Part shown: in pieces, positions 48,487 to 57,752 of the stretch
How the letters are laid out: each line of letters starts with the position of its first letter
How positions within the stretch are numbered: position 1 is the first letter of the stretch
From: Fistulifera solaris
Taxonomy: Eukaryota
Length of the DNA stretch: 64,000 nt
Direction: 5' to 3'
Assembly: GCA_030295235.1 (NCBI GenBank)
Contig: AP026167.1
Coordinates: 806,001-870,000 of the forward strand
Position numbers and translations under genes: made by a program
Notes under the pieces: generated by a model
The model's input: the letters and a program-made list of their open reading frames with translations, nothing else
Told to the model about the DNA's origin: nothing
The model's database searches: none

Positions 48487-49730
48487 ATGGTAAAACGTGG
48501 CGCTGAAAACCGCCAAATAAGCAAAGAAGATTACGAAGCAGAAGAGCGAGAGAGCGAAGCCCAAAAATCAAGCAGAGGGCCAAATGAGTCGCGCCTCGGA
48601 AGATGAATTGCGGAAACGACGCATTATTCGCGCCAAAAGAGACAACGGGAATAATCCTGCTGGAGCAGGGGCTTTTGCTGGGGTCAATTTGATCGCTGAG
48701 TCTCCTCACACTGGCTTTTCCTTTTCATCATCGAATCATCCAGCCCCTGAGGGGGAAGTAGAGCGCTTGGAGAATCAACGAAAAGAAGATTTATTCAATC
48801 TACACAAGGACATTGTTAGCACGACTGATGCTTCTGAAAAGAACGGTTGATTTACAAGGCGATCCGTAACATTGGCAAATTCAAAAAGTCATTTATGACG
48901 CCACGAAAAGTACTTCTTCGGTGGCTTCTGACATTACTGCAGCTCCCTCTACCGGGACGTCAGGTACTGCTCCTATGGCTGCTAGTACACTTGCTACTAC
49001 AAGCCCAGCTACATCGAACGGTGGATTCTCTTTTGGTGCCGCGACGACGCCGGCGACGGCATCGTCCACTGCGGCTCCGTCCTCGAGTGGTGGATTCTCG
49101 TTCGGGAAACCCGCTGCATCCTCTACCACTCCTTCCTTGAGCGGTGGATTCTCCTTTGGTGCCGCCAGTAAACCCGCTGCATCCTCTACCACTCCTTCCT
49201 CGAGCGATGGATTCTCTTTTGGTGCTGCCGCTACGCCTGCAGCATCCAGTGCACCGACCGCACCCGTCAACAACACAACTGCTTTTGCAGCTGATCCTGC
49301 TCCGAACGACGGTGAACCCAGTGATGAAATTCCGACGACCCAAGCCGGAGCGGTTGTACAGCAAGTTGCGGATCCAGATTGGGATGACATTGGAAGCTTT
49401 GATCGGGTTACAATTTACCGTAATGATAATGGAACGTGGACGCCTGTCCTCCAAAAAACAACTTTGCGATTGCAAACATTCAAGACCGATTCGTCTCGTC
49501 ATCGTATGATTGCTCGAACTATGATGGGAAAGGTGGCCGTGAATATGCGCATTCAGTCGGGAATGGGGTTTACATTTGCGGAAAAGCCCACGAAACGGGG
49601 ACCTGTGGGGACGATTCTCTTTGTTGGGACCAACGATGTTGAGAAAGGACCGGAAAAGTTCATGGTCAAAGCTGGAGTCCCTGACGGAAAACAATTGCAA
49701 GCCAAGCTTGACGAATTGTGCTCTAAATGA
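48487..49730 (+). CDS. NUP50: Nucleoporin Nup50/Nup2-like (N-terminal importin-binding motif, FSFG repeats, Ran-binding-like C-terminus); frameshifted
   Basis: MVKRGAENRQISKEDYE, RASEDELRKRRIIRAKR, four GFSFG repeats, C-terminal RMIARTMMGKVAVNMRI. Confidence 0.8.
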
Positions 49731-49876
49731 GCGAGTTGTCTCCTCTACTTCTAGCAAAGCACCCTTCGATCGAATGTTGTATTTTCTCACAATGTGCGCA
49801 CTTGGACGCCAGTATGATAGTTCGCTAGTAATCTTACATAATCGACGCGCAATGAATCACTACTCTACAATAGTAT

Positions 49877-50952
49877 CTATAGCGAAGGCTTGGGCGCAAA
49901 AAAGTCGGTAATAGGACGACCTTGTGGCTTGCCATTGGGTTTGGCGATCTTATTGTTTCCTTTGGCGTTCTGTTGTTGCGCTGCCGCCGCAGAACGTGCC
50001 AAATCCTGAATGTCCTCACGCAAAAACAGAAATTGCTCTCGTGTATTACAAACAGTTGCCACATCGTCCGGAATTAGCTTGCGTCTATTTTGAATTTGTG
50101 CTACTTTGACCGTCTCGCGGCCCAACTGCGACAATGCCAATTCCGCGGCTTTGCAAACGAGCAACAGGGCTTCCTTGGACAAATTCTTAACTTCTGGATC
50201 CAGTTTGCATATTTTGCGAATGCGTGCTGCGGGAAAGATGAGTGCATTTGGGTCGGATGTGTGGGTGGCGGCGGTGGGTTCTTCGACAACACCACCCGCG
50301 TCTTTCCAGGCTTGCATCTCTTTGGCTACTTGTTCTCGTTCAGCCGTTGCTTTGTCTTGATAAATCTTTTTCTCGTCTGCCGACAAGCTATTCCATAGTT
50401 GTGCTATCAGTTTGGCCATGCCTGCAACACCCACTCCCGTATTCTAGAAGAAAGAAAGAAAAGGAGTGATAAGGAGAAGTGAGATGAAACAATAAGAGTG
50501 AAGCAATCTTCTCTGCAGTAGTAACTCATACTCACCTGCTTTTGCAATTCAGGACGCTTTTCTTCGGCAAAGATAAAGTAAGCAGTCCGAGCTTTCTTGA
50601 CAGGTTTTCGGGGAACGATTGGGGGCGTTGATGAAGTGTCTACCGATAATAGATGGTCATTGCCCGACGGGTTTTCTGGTTGCTCGTCTCCTTTGTCGTC
50701 GGAGAGAGATCCTTCGCCAACTTCTTCCGGCTTAACGACTTCTTCGACTTGAAGTTCTAAATCATTTTTGTGGTGCTCGAGTGAGGACTCATCCTCCCAA
50801 TGTTCCGGAGCAGGGCGCTTTTTCTCCAGAGATAAATATGATGATGCCTCCGTCTCGTCGACGGTCGTTTCCTTTTTCTTCTCTTTCTCATCAAAAGCTA
50901 ATTTAGCTTCCGTTTCCTTCGTGACTTCGGTGCTCTCTTCAACGTGAGCCAT
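49877..50952 (-). CDS. HMG-box + histone-fold (NF-YC/POLE4/CHRAC-like) protein; intron 50444-50535
   Basis: KKARTAYFIFAEEKRPEL..IAQLWNSLSADEKKIY (HMG box); FPAARIRKICKLDPEVKNLSKEA (histone fold). Confidence 0.85.
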
Positions 50953-51638
50953 GATTTGGTTTTGTTGAGGTGACAGGTGACAGGTGACAGCTGGTAATAC
51001 TCTATAATATGTTGGTTGTTACAAGTATTTCCCTCATCGCTTTGTTTTCTTGCAGCCAGCAACAATAAAGTGCGCGACAAGTAGGCGGACGATTTCGCGA
51101 GGTGCGCAGAAACGGACACAAGAGACTACAATTTGTCGTAGATAATAACGCCGACCGCACCCCAACGGATGGCCAGTGTTGCATCCTTTTTCTTTTCTCC
51201 CTCCAACCTCTTACTTACCTTTACCTTGTCTTGTGCACGGTATCATTTACTTCATATCAGGAAGCAATAATCGCTTTCGATTTAAAGACAAAACGCTGAT
51301 GGAATGAATGATGCAACGCTTCGAATGTCTACGTAGTTGTACGGTGGCCTTGTAAGTTACGTAGGCCCCGTAGGGAAATTCGATCGGCTGAGGAGAACCC
51401 GGACATTACAATATTTGAACGGAAACGCCGGCGTGCAGCAACGACGTTGGGAGCGCGCAGCGGACGCATTTTGGATGATGATGATTTGGCCGTCGATGAG
51501 ATATCAGGTACCACGGGGTACCGGTACCAGGTACCGGTACTTGCATCCGTCACTTGTGTTTGCTATTGTGATGCAAACCATGTATCGTGCTGCAAACACC
51601 TATTTTCCTGATAAATAGAAGAAGCAGAAGAAGGAAGA

Positions 51639-53258
51639 ATGCCTTCAAGCTCCAGCGTCCCCCCAAAGAAACGGAAATACATCGAAGACGATTCGCCCTT
51701 TCCATCCAAGCAGCCGACACATGTCATTAATATGTTGTCTTTGCAATCTTCCCCATCTTCTAGTACGAACAGTGACTCGTCCAGCGGAACCGAAGAGTCG
51801 ACTTTAGGAAGTTCTTTCTCTCCGAATATGGCGTCTCTTGTTGATACACAAGCCTTGACGGCTGCGAGTCCGGATTTTCAGACGCAAAACAGTTTCGTCG
51901 TCGATTTAAACAACTCCAGCAATCAACAGACTTTATCGGACACCAAAGAGACGCCCGCGTTTACCTTAACACGTATGCCCGCGACGATGGCTGCGAAAAA
52001 CAACAAGAAGAAACAGACACCCCGCCGACAATCGCCGCGTAACAGAAAGATTTCTATTTCTCCTGTACAGGAAAATACTGTAGACGAATCTTTGGAGAAT
52101 CGCATCCTTTCCGAGTGCCAACCTCCTCCGTCGAACAGGAAAGGAAAGTCTTTAAACAATCTAGTGGTCGTTGACACACCCACGGCAACGCAACAAGGAA
52201 AAGAACATGCCGACAAAAAGCAGGCATCACAAGGGTCGCATAGCACATCCAAAGCAACGAATTCGTCGAATGCCAAGGCGGCTGATGTCAAAGAACACGC
52301 ACCGCTATTAAGTGACGAACACAACGCTGATGTGAAAGACGACAAAGCATTGGCAAATAAGAACAAGAAGAAGCGTCCTCTTCCAGACACTGAAGCCTCC
52401 AAAGCGTCGACAGCAAAGGCAACGACTCCCCCCAAATCCGAAGGAGCGAAAAAGGTAGACACAAAGAAAGCAACGTCGGCAATAGTTCAGCCGGAGGTAG
52501 AAAGCGTTCCACAGGGCAAAGAGAACGTTCCCGTGATTTCGACGAAAACGACCACCAGCACAGCGCCACCTTCCGAAGACGCGAAACCTCAAAAGAAAAA
52601 GAAGAAACTTACCTTCCAAGATCAAGTCTTCCAGCATATGATGTTCTCGTATAAGCCATTTTCGTTAAAATCATTGGCACAAGAACTCAAAACGACCGAA
52701 GCGGCTTTGAACTTTCTCATGCTTTCTCTAATTGATAAAAACCTAGTGGTGAAGAAAGAATTCTCCAACAGCAACAACACTAAAAGCAAGGAACTGTATT
52801 GGGTCAACTACGGCACCAAAGCCAAAGAACTGCAATCGCATTTGGCTACGGCGTCAGAGATTCAGACAACGCAACAAGAATATGATGCACTGGTTCAAGA
52901 ACACTCGCAAACCCTGAGCATGTTGGCCGCACTGAAAGGAGATGGTCCTTCCAATCAGGATTTAACGCGGCAGTTGGAAGAAGCAGAGATTCAGTTTCAA
53001 AAGCTTCAATCCGAGTTGAATGAGTTAAAAGGACGTATCCAAGACATGTGTGGTTCGGCAGAACAGAATAACCCCAAACGTTTGAAGCAAAGTATCAACT
53101 ACATGCGCGACATTTGGAAGAAACGACGCGAGCAGTGCAATGATTTCATTGAACAACTGGCCGATGGAATGGAGAAGAAGCCGAAAGAAGTGATTAAGCT
53201 TTTGGAATTGGAGATGGATGGAGATATCCAGATGCCTCCCAAGTACAAAATTGAGTAG
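51639..53258 (+). CDS. HOP2: Hop2/TBPIP meiotic recombination protein with long disordered N-terminus
   Basis: Winged helix (YKPFS...KELYW), coiled coil and the WKKRREQC..LADGMEKKPKE..LELEMD C-terminus. Confidence 0.8.
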   Translation: MPSSSSVPPKKRKYIEDDSPFPSKQPTHVINMLSLQSSPSSSTNSDSSSGTEESTLGSSFSPNMASLVDTQALTAASPDFQTQNSFVVDLNNSSNQQTLSDTKETPAFTLTRMPATMAAKNNKKKQTPRRQSPRNRKISISPVQENTVDESLENRILSECQPPPSNRKGKSLNNLVVVDTPTATQQGKEHADKKQASQGSHSTSKATNSSNAKAADVKEHAPLLSDEHNADVKDDKALANKNKKKRPLPDTEASKASTAKATTPPKSEGAKKVDTKKATSAIVQPEVESVPQGKENVPVISTKTTTSTAPPSEDAKPQKKKKKLTFQDQVFQHMMFSYKPFSLKSLAQELKTTEAALNFLMLSLIDKNLVVKKEFSNSNNTKSKELYWVNYGTKAKELQSHLATASEIQTTQQEYDALVQEHSQTLSMLAALKGDGPSNQDLTRQLEEAEIQFQKLQSELNELKGRIQDMCGSAEQNNPKRLKQSINYMRDIWKKRREQCNDFIEQLADGMEKKPKEVIKLLELEMDGDIQMPPKYKIE

Positions 53259-53340
53259 AATGTGGAAGTCGTTCATGGCGTTAACGCATGAACAGAAAAC
53301 AAGTTATCGTTTCTTTATAAAGTTAATAGCATTTCTATGA

Positions 53341-54417
53341 TCATCCTTCCAATTGAATATTCAACAAAACTTGCTTGACTTCAAATCGATCGGGATCCGA
53401 GTTGTAGTCCGTGTCCATGTAATAGTCATCGACGGTCGAAGAGGGTCCTAAAATACTTTGCACAGCCCACTTTCCCAAATTCGAATACAAGCGGAATCCC
53501 TGTTCTTGCAATAGCAATTGTGATCCCAATGTAATGTCACCATTTAAAGCCAGTGTCCAAATCAAATCATCCGCGTCATCCCGCCAATCTTGTATTTGTT
53601 CTAAAGTCGGACGCGCGTGATCGACTTGAGCCACCCACCCCGTTTGTACGAGTGCTGTTCCGAATCGATCCAGAGCCTTCAGTTTATCCTCTAATGATGA
53701 TTCTTGTACAGGCACTGGTAGTTGAAGCAACTGCAAGACTTCGATTCCCATGCGAATTTGGTATTGCTTGAGAAAATCGGGGAATTTGAAAGCCTTGTTG
53801 CTCTTGTTATCGAGTTGTATCAACAAATCGGAATAGGCTTTATAATGAACATAGAGATCGAAATTGAATTGCTGTGCGGGATTCTCCGGCGAATAAGAAG
53901 CGGAGCGAACAAAAGCCGGTTTGACCGTATTCTGGACTATTTGAATTTGTTGCGTAAGTTGCGTGGAAGTAAGAAAAGGTCGCATCAATTCGAGAAATAT
54001 TTCGTCACTGCACTTCAAAACACGAGGAGCTAACGTTGGGTCGAGAGGCAAGGGAGCCGGAATAACCAAAGGCTTCGGTCGATCGGGTCGTTGGGATCGT
54101 TCTTTTCCTAATTGAAAACGATCAGAAAATTGTTCCCATTTCCCATCCAATCGATCCATCGTTTGCGCTCCTTGCACGACGGATCGTCGAACGGCAATGC
54201 CTAAATCCGATTGCGTCACGGCTTTTGTAATTTGCGCTCCTACTTCTCCCGCATGTGCCGTAGTTGGCGATGATAGAAGAACAAAACTGGTTGTTGCAGT
54301 TTGAAGCCAACGTCGTCGTGTGGATACTTGCGAATGAAGCGCGTCACACGGTCTCCCACCATAAAGGATGACACATGAAATGATTAAGCGCATCCAAAGG
54401 GACTTTCGCAACTTCAT
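53341..54417 (-). CDS. Probable plastid/thylakoid-lumen protein of unknown function
   Basis: Signal peptide (MKLRK..CDAL), then RRRWL..AHA lumen-targeting-like motif and a conserved-looking domain (DYYMDTDYNSDPDRF). Confidence 0.75.
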   Translation of the reverse strand: MKLRKSLWMRLIISCVILYGGRPCDALHSQVSTRRRWLQTATTSFVLLSSPTTAHAGEVGAQITKAVTQSDLGIAVRRSVVQGAQTMDRLDGKWEQFSDRFQLGKERSQRPDRPKPLVIPAPLPLDPTLAPRVLKCSDEIFLELMRPFLTSTQLTQQIQIVQNTVKPAFVRSASYSPENPAQQFNFDLYVHYKAYSDLLIQLDNKSNKAFKFPDFLKQYQIRMGIEVLQLLQLPVPVQESSLEDKLKALDRFGTALVQTGWVAQVDHARPTLEQIQDWRDDADDLIWTLALNGDITLGSQLLLQEQGFRLYSNLGKWAVQSILGPSSTVDDYYMDTDYNSDPDRFEVKQVLLNIQLEG

Positions 54418-54492
54418 TTTCTTGAATGATGCGGAGTAAATGATACTTGTACTTACCTTTGTGAAAACACTACATGTATCCATCTCGCGTTA

Positions 54493-54725
54493 CCAGAAAA
54501 TGTGGGCGTGTGGTGTTTTGAGTTTTGACATATTCAGAAAATCTGGGAGAGTGGTATCTTAACGTCTCCAGAAAATCTGGGAGTGTGTATTTTGAAGTCT
54601 CCATAAAAAATTTGGAGGTGTGATATTTTGACGTCTCCAGAAAATCTGAGAGTGTGGTATTAGACGTCTCCAAAAAATCTAGGTGTGTGGTACTTTGAAA
54701 AATCCAGAAAATCTGGGAGTGTGGT
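54493..54725 (+). repeat. Tandem array of 7 units of ~33-40 bp, core CCAGAAAATCTGGGAGTGTGG
   Basis: Visible directly; lies between divergent ATGs at 54417 and 54953. Confidence 0.9.
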
Positions 54726-54952
54726 TTATGTGTTGTTTTTTCGTGTCATCCGCCGCCCCTCTGTGTGACGTGTTACGTATTATTTTTCTCGTTCGCTCGC
54801 CTCACGTCTCAACAACGAGAACAACACGTCGTCGTCCCATCCTCGAGAACATCGAAGTAAAACGAGAGACACCTCATCGTCTCTTCTTCTCAACAACTCA
54901 TTCAAGTGTTTCTTCCTTCAGTGTTCTAATCTCCTCTTCCGCGAGAACCACC

Positions 54953-55321
54953 ATGAAATCAGGAGCATGCTTCTCATTGGTGGTCTCTCTGCTTTCGATT
55001 ACTTTCTCGAATGTGTTTCCCTTTACCGTACCTCGACGTCATCATCCACAACGCACTCACCAATTCATGACAAACAACATGCAAAGAGTCGAAGTGTGCG
55101 CCGGCAAGGATTGCAAGCGCAGTGGAGGTGGTCCTCGTCTCGAGAAACTCATTCAACAAGTCGTCGAAGAAGAGGGTCTCTCGAATACGACAATCGAACG
55201 ATGTTACTGTCAAGGAGAATGTGGTTACGGACCGAATATCTTGGTCGACGACAAACTCATCAACAATGTTCGTGGACGCGACGCTGTGTTGCAAGCACTG
55301 GGACTCGCGCAAGAGGCCTAA
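54953..55321 (+). CDS. Plastid-targeted thioredoxin-like [2Fe-2S] ferredoxin domain protein
   Basis: Signal peptide + transit; VCAGKDC...CQGECGYGPNI motif. Confidence 0.8.
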   Translation: MKSGACFSLVVSLLSITFSNVFPFTVPRRHHPQRTHQFMTNNMQRVEVCAGKDCKRSGGGPRLEKLIQQVVEEEGLSNTTIERCYCQGECGYGPNILVDDKLINNVRGRDAVLQALGLAQEA

Positions 55322-55761
55322 TGTTGCTGTTTCTTTGTTTGGTGGCCTTCCTGCAAGTGGAAGGATTTGTAGTTGTGCGGTCCTATTCAGCATGTAAGGC
55401 ATATCGCTGGTTGACCGAAAAAACAGAAGATGAATTTGAGCAAGAATTGGGTGAGATTGTGGGTGAGGATGCGGGTGGTGTAGTAGTGGAAGATTTATTG
55501 TGGAGAGTCGAGAGACTTCGTTTGGAGGAACAAAATACGAAGCGTTTCTTAAAGGCTGGGCCTCGATTTTTGCCCTATGATGAATGTCGGAAATGGGTAC
55601 AAGCTTGGAATCGATGGGATTGCGAAGAAGATTGGAAGAATTGGATTGCTATGGGCGAGAAACGAAATCCATATATTCCGAGTGAGCCCGATGTGTATTA
55701 CGGTAGATTAGGTGAATGGATCTCTTGGGAGCACTTCCTAGGAAAAGAGGACATACGATAG
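55321..55761 (+). CDS. Plastid-targeted protein with a Trp-rich repeat unit (FLPYDECRKW..W..W..IPSEPD.YY..W.SW..FLG)
   Basis: Has its own signal peptide (MLLFLCLVAFLQVEGF); its ATG overlaps the upstream TAA (TAATG at 55319-55323). Confidence 0.75.
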   Translation: MLLFLCLVAFLQVEGFVVVRSYSACKAYRWLTEKTEDEFEQELGEIVGEDAGGVVVEDLLWRVERLRLEEQNTKRFLKAGPRFLPYDECRKWVQAWNRWDCEEDWKNWIAMGEKRNPYIPSEPDVYYGRLGEWISWEHFLGKEDIR

Positions 55762-55822
55762 ACTAGTAAAATCAACAACCATTAGAGTAGTAGTGTTTAT
55801 GAGAAAAAGATCAACCATCCAA

Positions 55823-56468
55823 TTATTTCCCCAGGGTCTTTTTGTGCTGTTCCACTCGTTTCCGCAACTCTTGCAATTCTCGCTCTTTTTCTTCCATTTC
55901 GGCTCGTTTCTGAAATCGAGACGGTTGATAATACAATACAATCAAAAACGTCCGCCCACTGCAAATCCGCTCAAATGATCGACCGCACTTTTGGCGTCTG
56001 TGAATTACGAAGAGGAACAAGGGGCATGAGTCGTCAAGGAAGTTTCCATGGAAGACGAGTAAGACAAAAGCATTCTAACCGTAAATATCTTCAAATACCA
56101 CAAACGCCGTCCCTTTGGTGTCCTATAATTCAATCACATCCGTGTCAGCAAGGGCAAGCCATGAAATCATTTCAAATAAATTGCAACAGCCAAGACGTAC
56201 CGGTTTGTCGCCCAATCGTATTTGATAAATGGCTCCGTATTTGCCAAAAATGGTATACAACTCGTCAGCAGTGATAGTAAAGGGCAAATTCCGAACATAG
56301 AGAATGCGATTGACTTCTGGTGGAAGACGTGACTATAAAAAGAAGAGAGGAAATGAAATAAAAGAATATATACCGTAAGAATAAACGCCAACAACAACAT
56401 ACTGTCGCAAACATTAATCGGAGCTCCCGCCTTACATTTTGTCCTCGATTGCCTTGGTATTCGACCAT
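55823..56468 (-). CDS. SF3B6: Splicing factor 3B subunit 6 (p14); exons 56468-56436, 56332-56201, 56122-56080, 55997-55823
   Basis: The spliced product reads [65 protein letters not shown]; all three introns are GT-AG and in phase. Confidence 0.95.
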
Positions 56469-56590
56469 TCTTCGTCAATATTAACAAGCTATTTGCGCTT
56501 TAAATAGCAAAGTTCACTAAAAGATGGTAACCGTTTAAAAAAATTGTTGTGAATGCAGACGCCCGGCCGAATAAATACGCAGTAAAAATG

Positions 56591-56890
56591 TTTTCTGGTG
56601 CGTAAAATCACCACTCTCCCACATTTTCTGGTAGTCTGAAAAACCACACCCCCACATTTTCTGGTTACGTGAATAAACCAAACTTCCAGATTTTCTGGTT
56701 GTTTGAAAAGAAACACTGCCAGATTTTCTTGTAGTGTAAACAACCACACGCCCACACTTTCTGGTTGTGTGCAAAACCACACTCCCAGATTTTCTTGTAG
56801 TGTAAACAAGCACACACCCACATTTTCTGGTTACGTGAATAAACCACACGCCCACACTTTCTGCTGGTCAAGTGTATCCACATTTTTTGG
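56591..56890 (-). repeat. Second array of the same 33-34-bp repeat, 8 full units plus partials, inverted relative to the first
   Basis: ACCACACTCCCAGATTTTCTGG-like units; lies between divergent ATGs at 56468 and 56994. Confidence 0.9.
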
Positions 56891-56993
56891 AAAAGACAAA
56901 GTACGTTAGAACAACACAGCCACGCATCATCGCCCTCGTTCTCTTGACTATATTCATTGATTGATTCATTGCTTACATTAGCATAAAGCAATC

Positions 56994-57671
56994 ATGGTAT
57001 CCGCTCTCGATATCATCAACGAAGCCATTGCAGAGCTTGAAGCTCGTTTAAATCTCAAGCCGGGAGAAGAGACGTCGTCTTCAGCGAACAAAAAGAAACC
57101 CAACAACAAAGCAGGCATAGCCAGCAAGACCGAGACGCCGCAGGAAGACGCGGAAGATCAACCCGATATCTGTAAACTCGAGTTCAAAGTGGGCGTCATT
57201 ACCAAAGTTTGGGCACACGAAAAGGCGGATAAATTGTATTGTGAAGAAATTGATGTCGGAGAAGATGAACCCCGTCAAATCGCGTCCGGTTTGCGACCGC
57301 ATTTTTCGTTAGAACAAATGCAAGGTCAGCGTTTACTCGTCATGAGCAATTTGAAGGCCAAAAATTTAGTTGGCTTCAAATCCAATGGTATGGTGCTTTG
57401 TGCTGCACAAACAAAAGACGACGGGACCGAAAAGGTCGAATTTGTGGAGCCACCGGACGGAGCGGAAATTGGGGAAGTGGTCACGTTTGAGGGATTGCCG
57501 GCGCCTCGACCGATTTCCGCGGCGCAGGTCGAAAAACGAAAAGTACTGCAGGCATGTGCCGATGGACTCAAGACAACGGAAGAATGCTTGGCGGCCTGGA
57601 ATGGACATGTCTTTATGACTTCTGCTGGTCCTTGTAAAGCAAAGACGATAGCGGGTGGAGTGATGCGTTAA
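56994..57671 (+). CDS. tRNA-binding OB-fold protein (EMAP-II/Arc1p-like)
   Basis: ADKLYCEEIDVGE..PRQIASGL, NLKAKNLVGFKSNGMVLCA. Confidence 0.9.
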   Translation: MVSALDIINEAIAELEARLNLKPGEETSSSANKKKPNNKAGIASKTETPQEDAEDQPDICKLEFKVGVITKVWAHEKADKLYCEEIDVGEDEPRQIASGLRPHFSLEQMQGQRLLVMSNLKAKNLVGFKSNGMVLCAAQTKDDGTEKVEFVEPPDGAEIGEVVTFEGLPAPRPISAAQVEKRKVLQACADGLKTTEECLAAWNGHVFMTSAGPCKAKTIAGGVMR

Positions 57672-57752
57672 CCACGATACTCTTTCGTTAATTTGACTAA
57701 AATAAAAATAACTCTCTCGCTTAGCATTACTCCATGAACTTAAAATCAAGCC

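Noticed and set aside
54967..55320. 264-aa ORF 54967-55761 as a single gene
   Set aside because: Its first ~118 codons overlap the ferredoxin-like gene out of frame and look non-protein-like; the signal peptide starts at Met 55321.
54493..56890. CRISPR array (palindromic repeat plus variable spacers)
   Set aside because: Spacers are only 11-13 nt and related to one another, repeats are degenerate, there are no cas genes, and the context is eukaryotic nuclear DNA.
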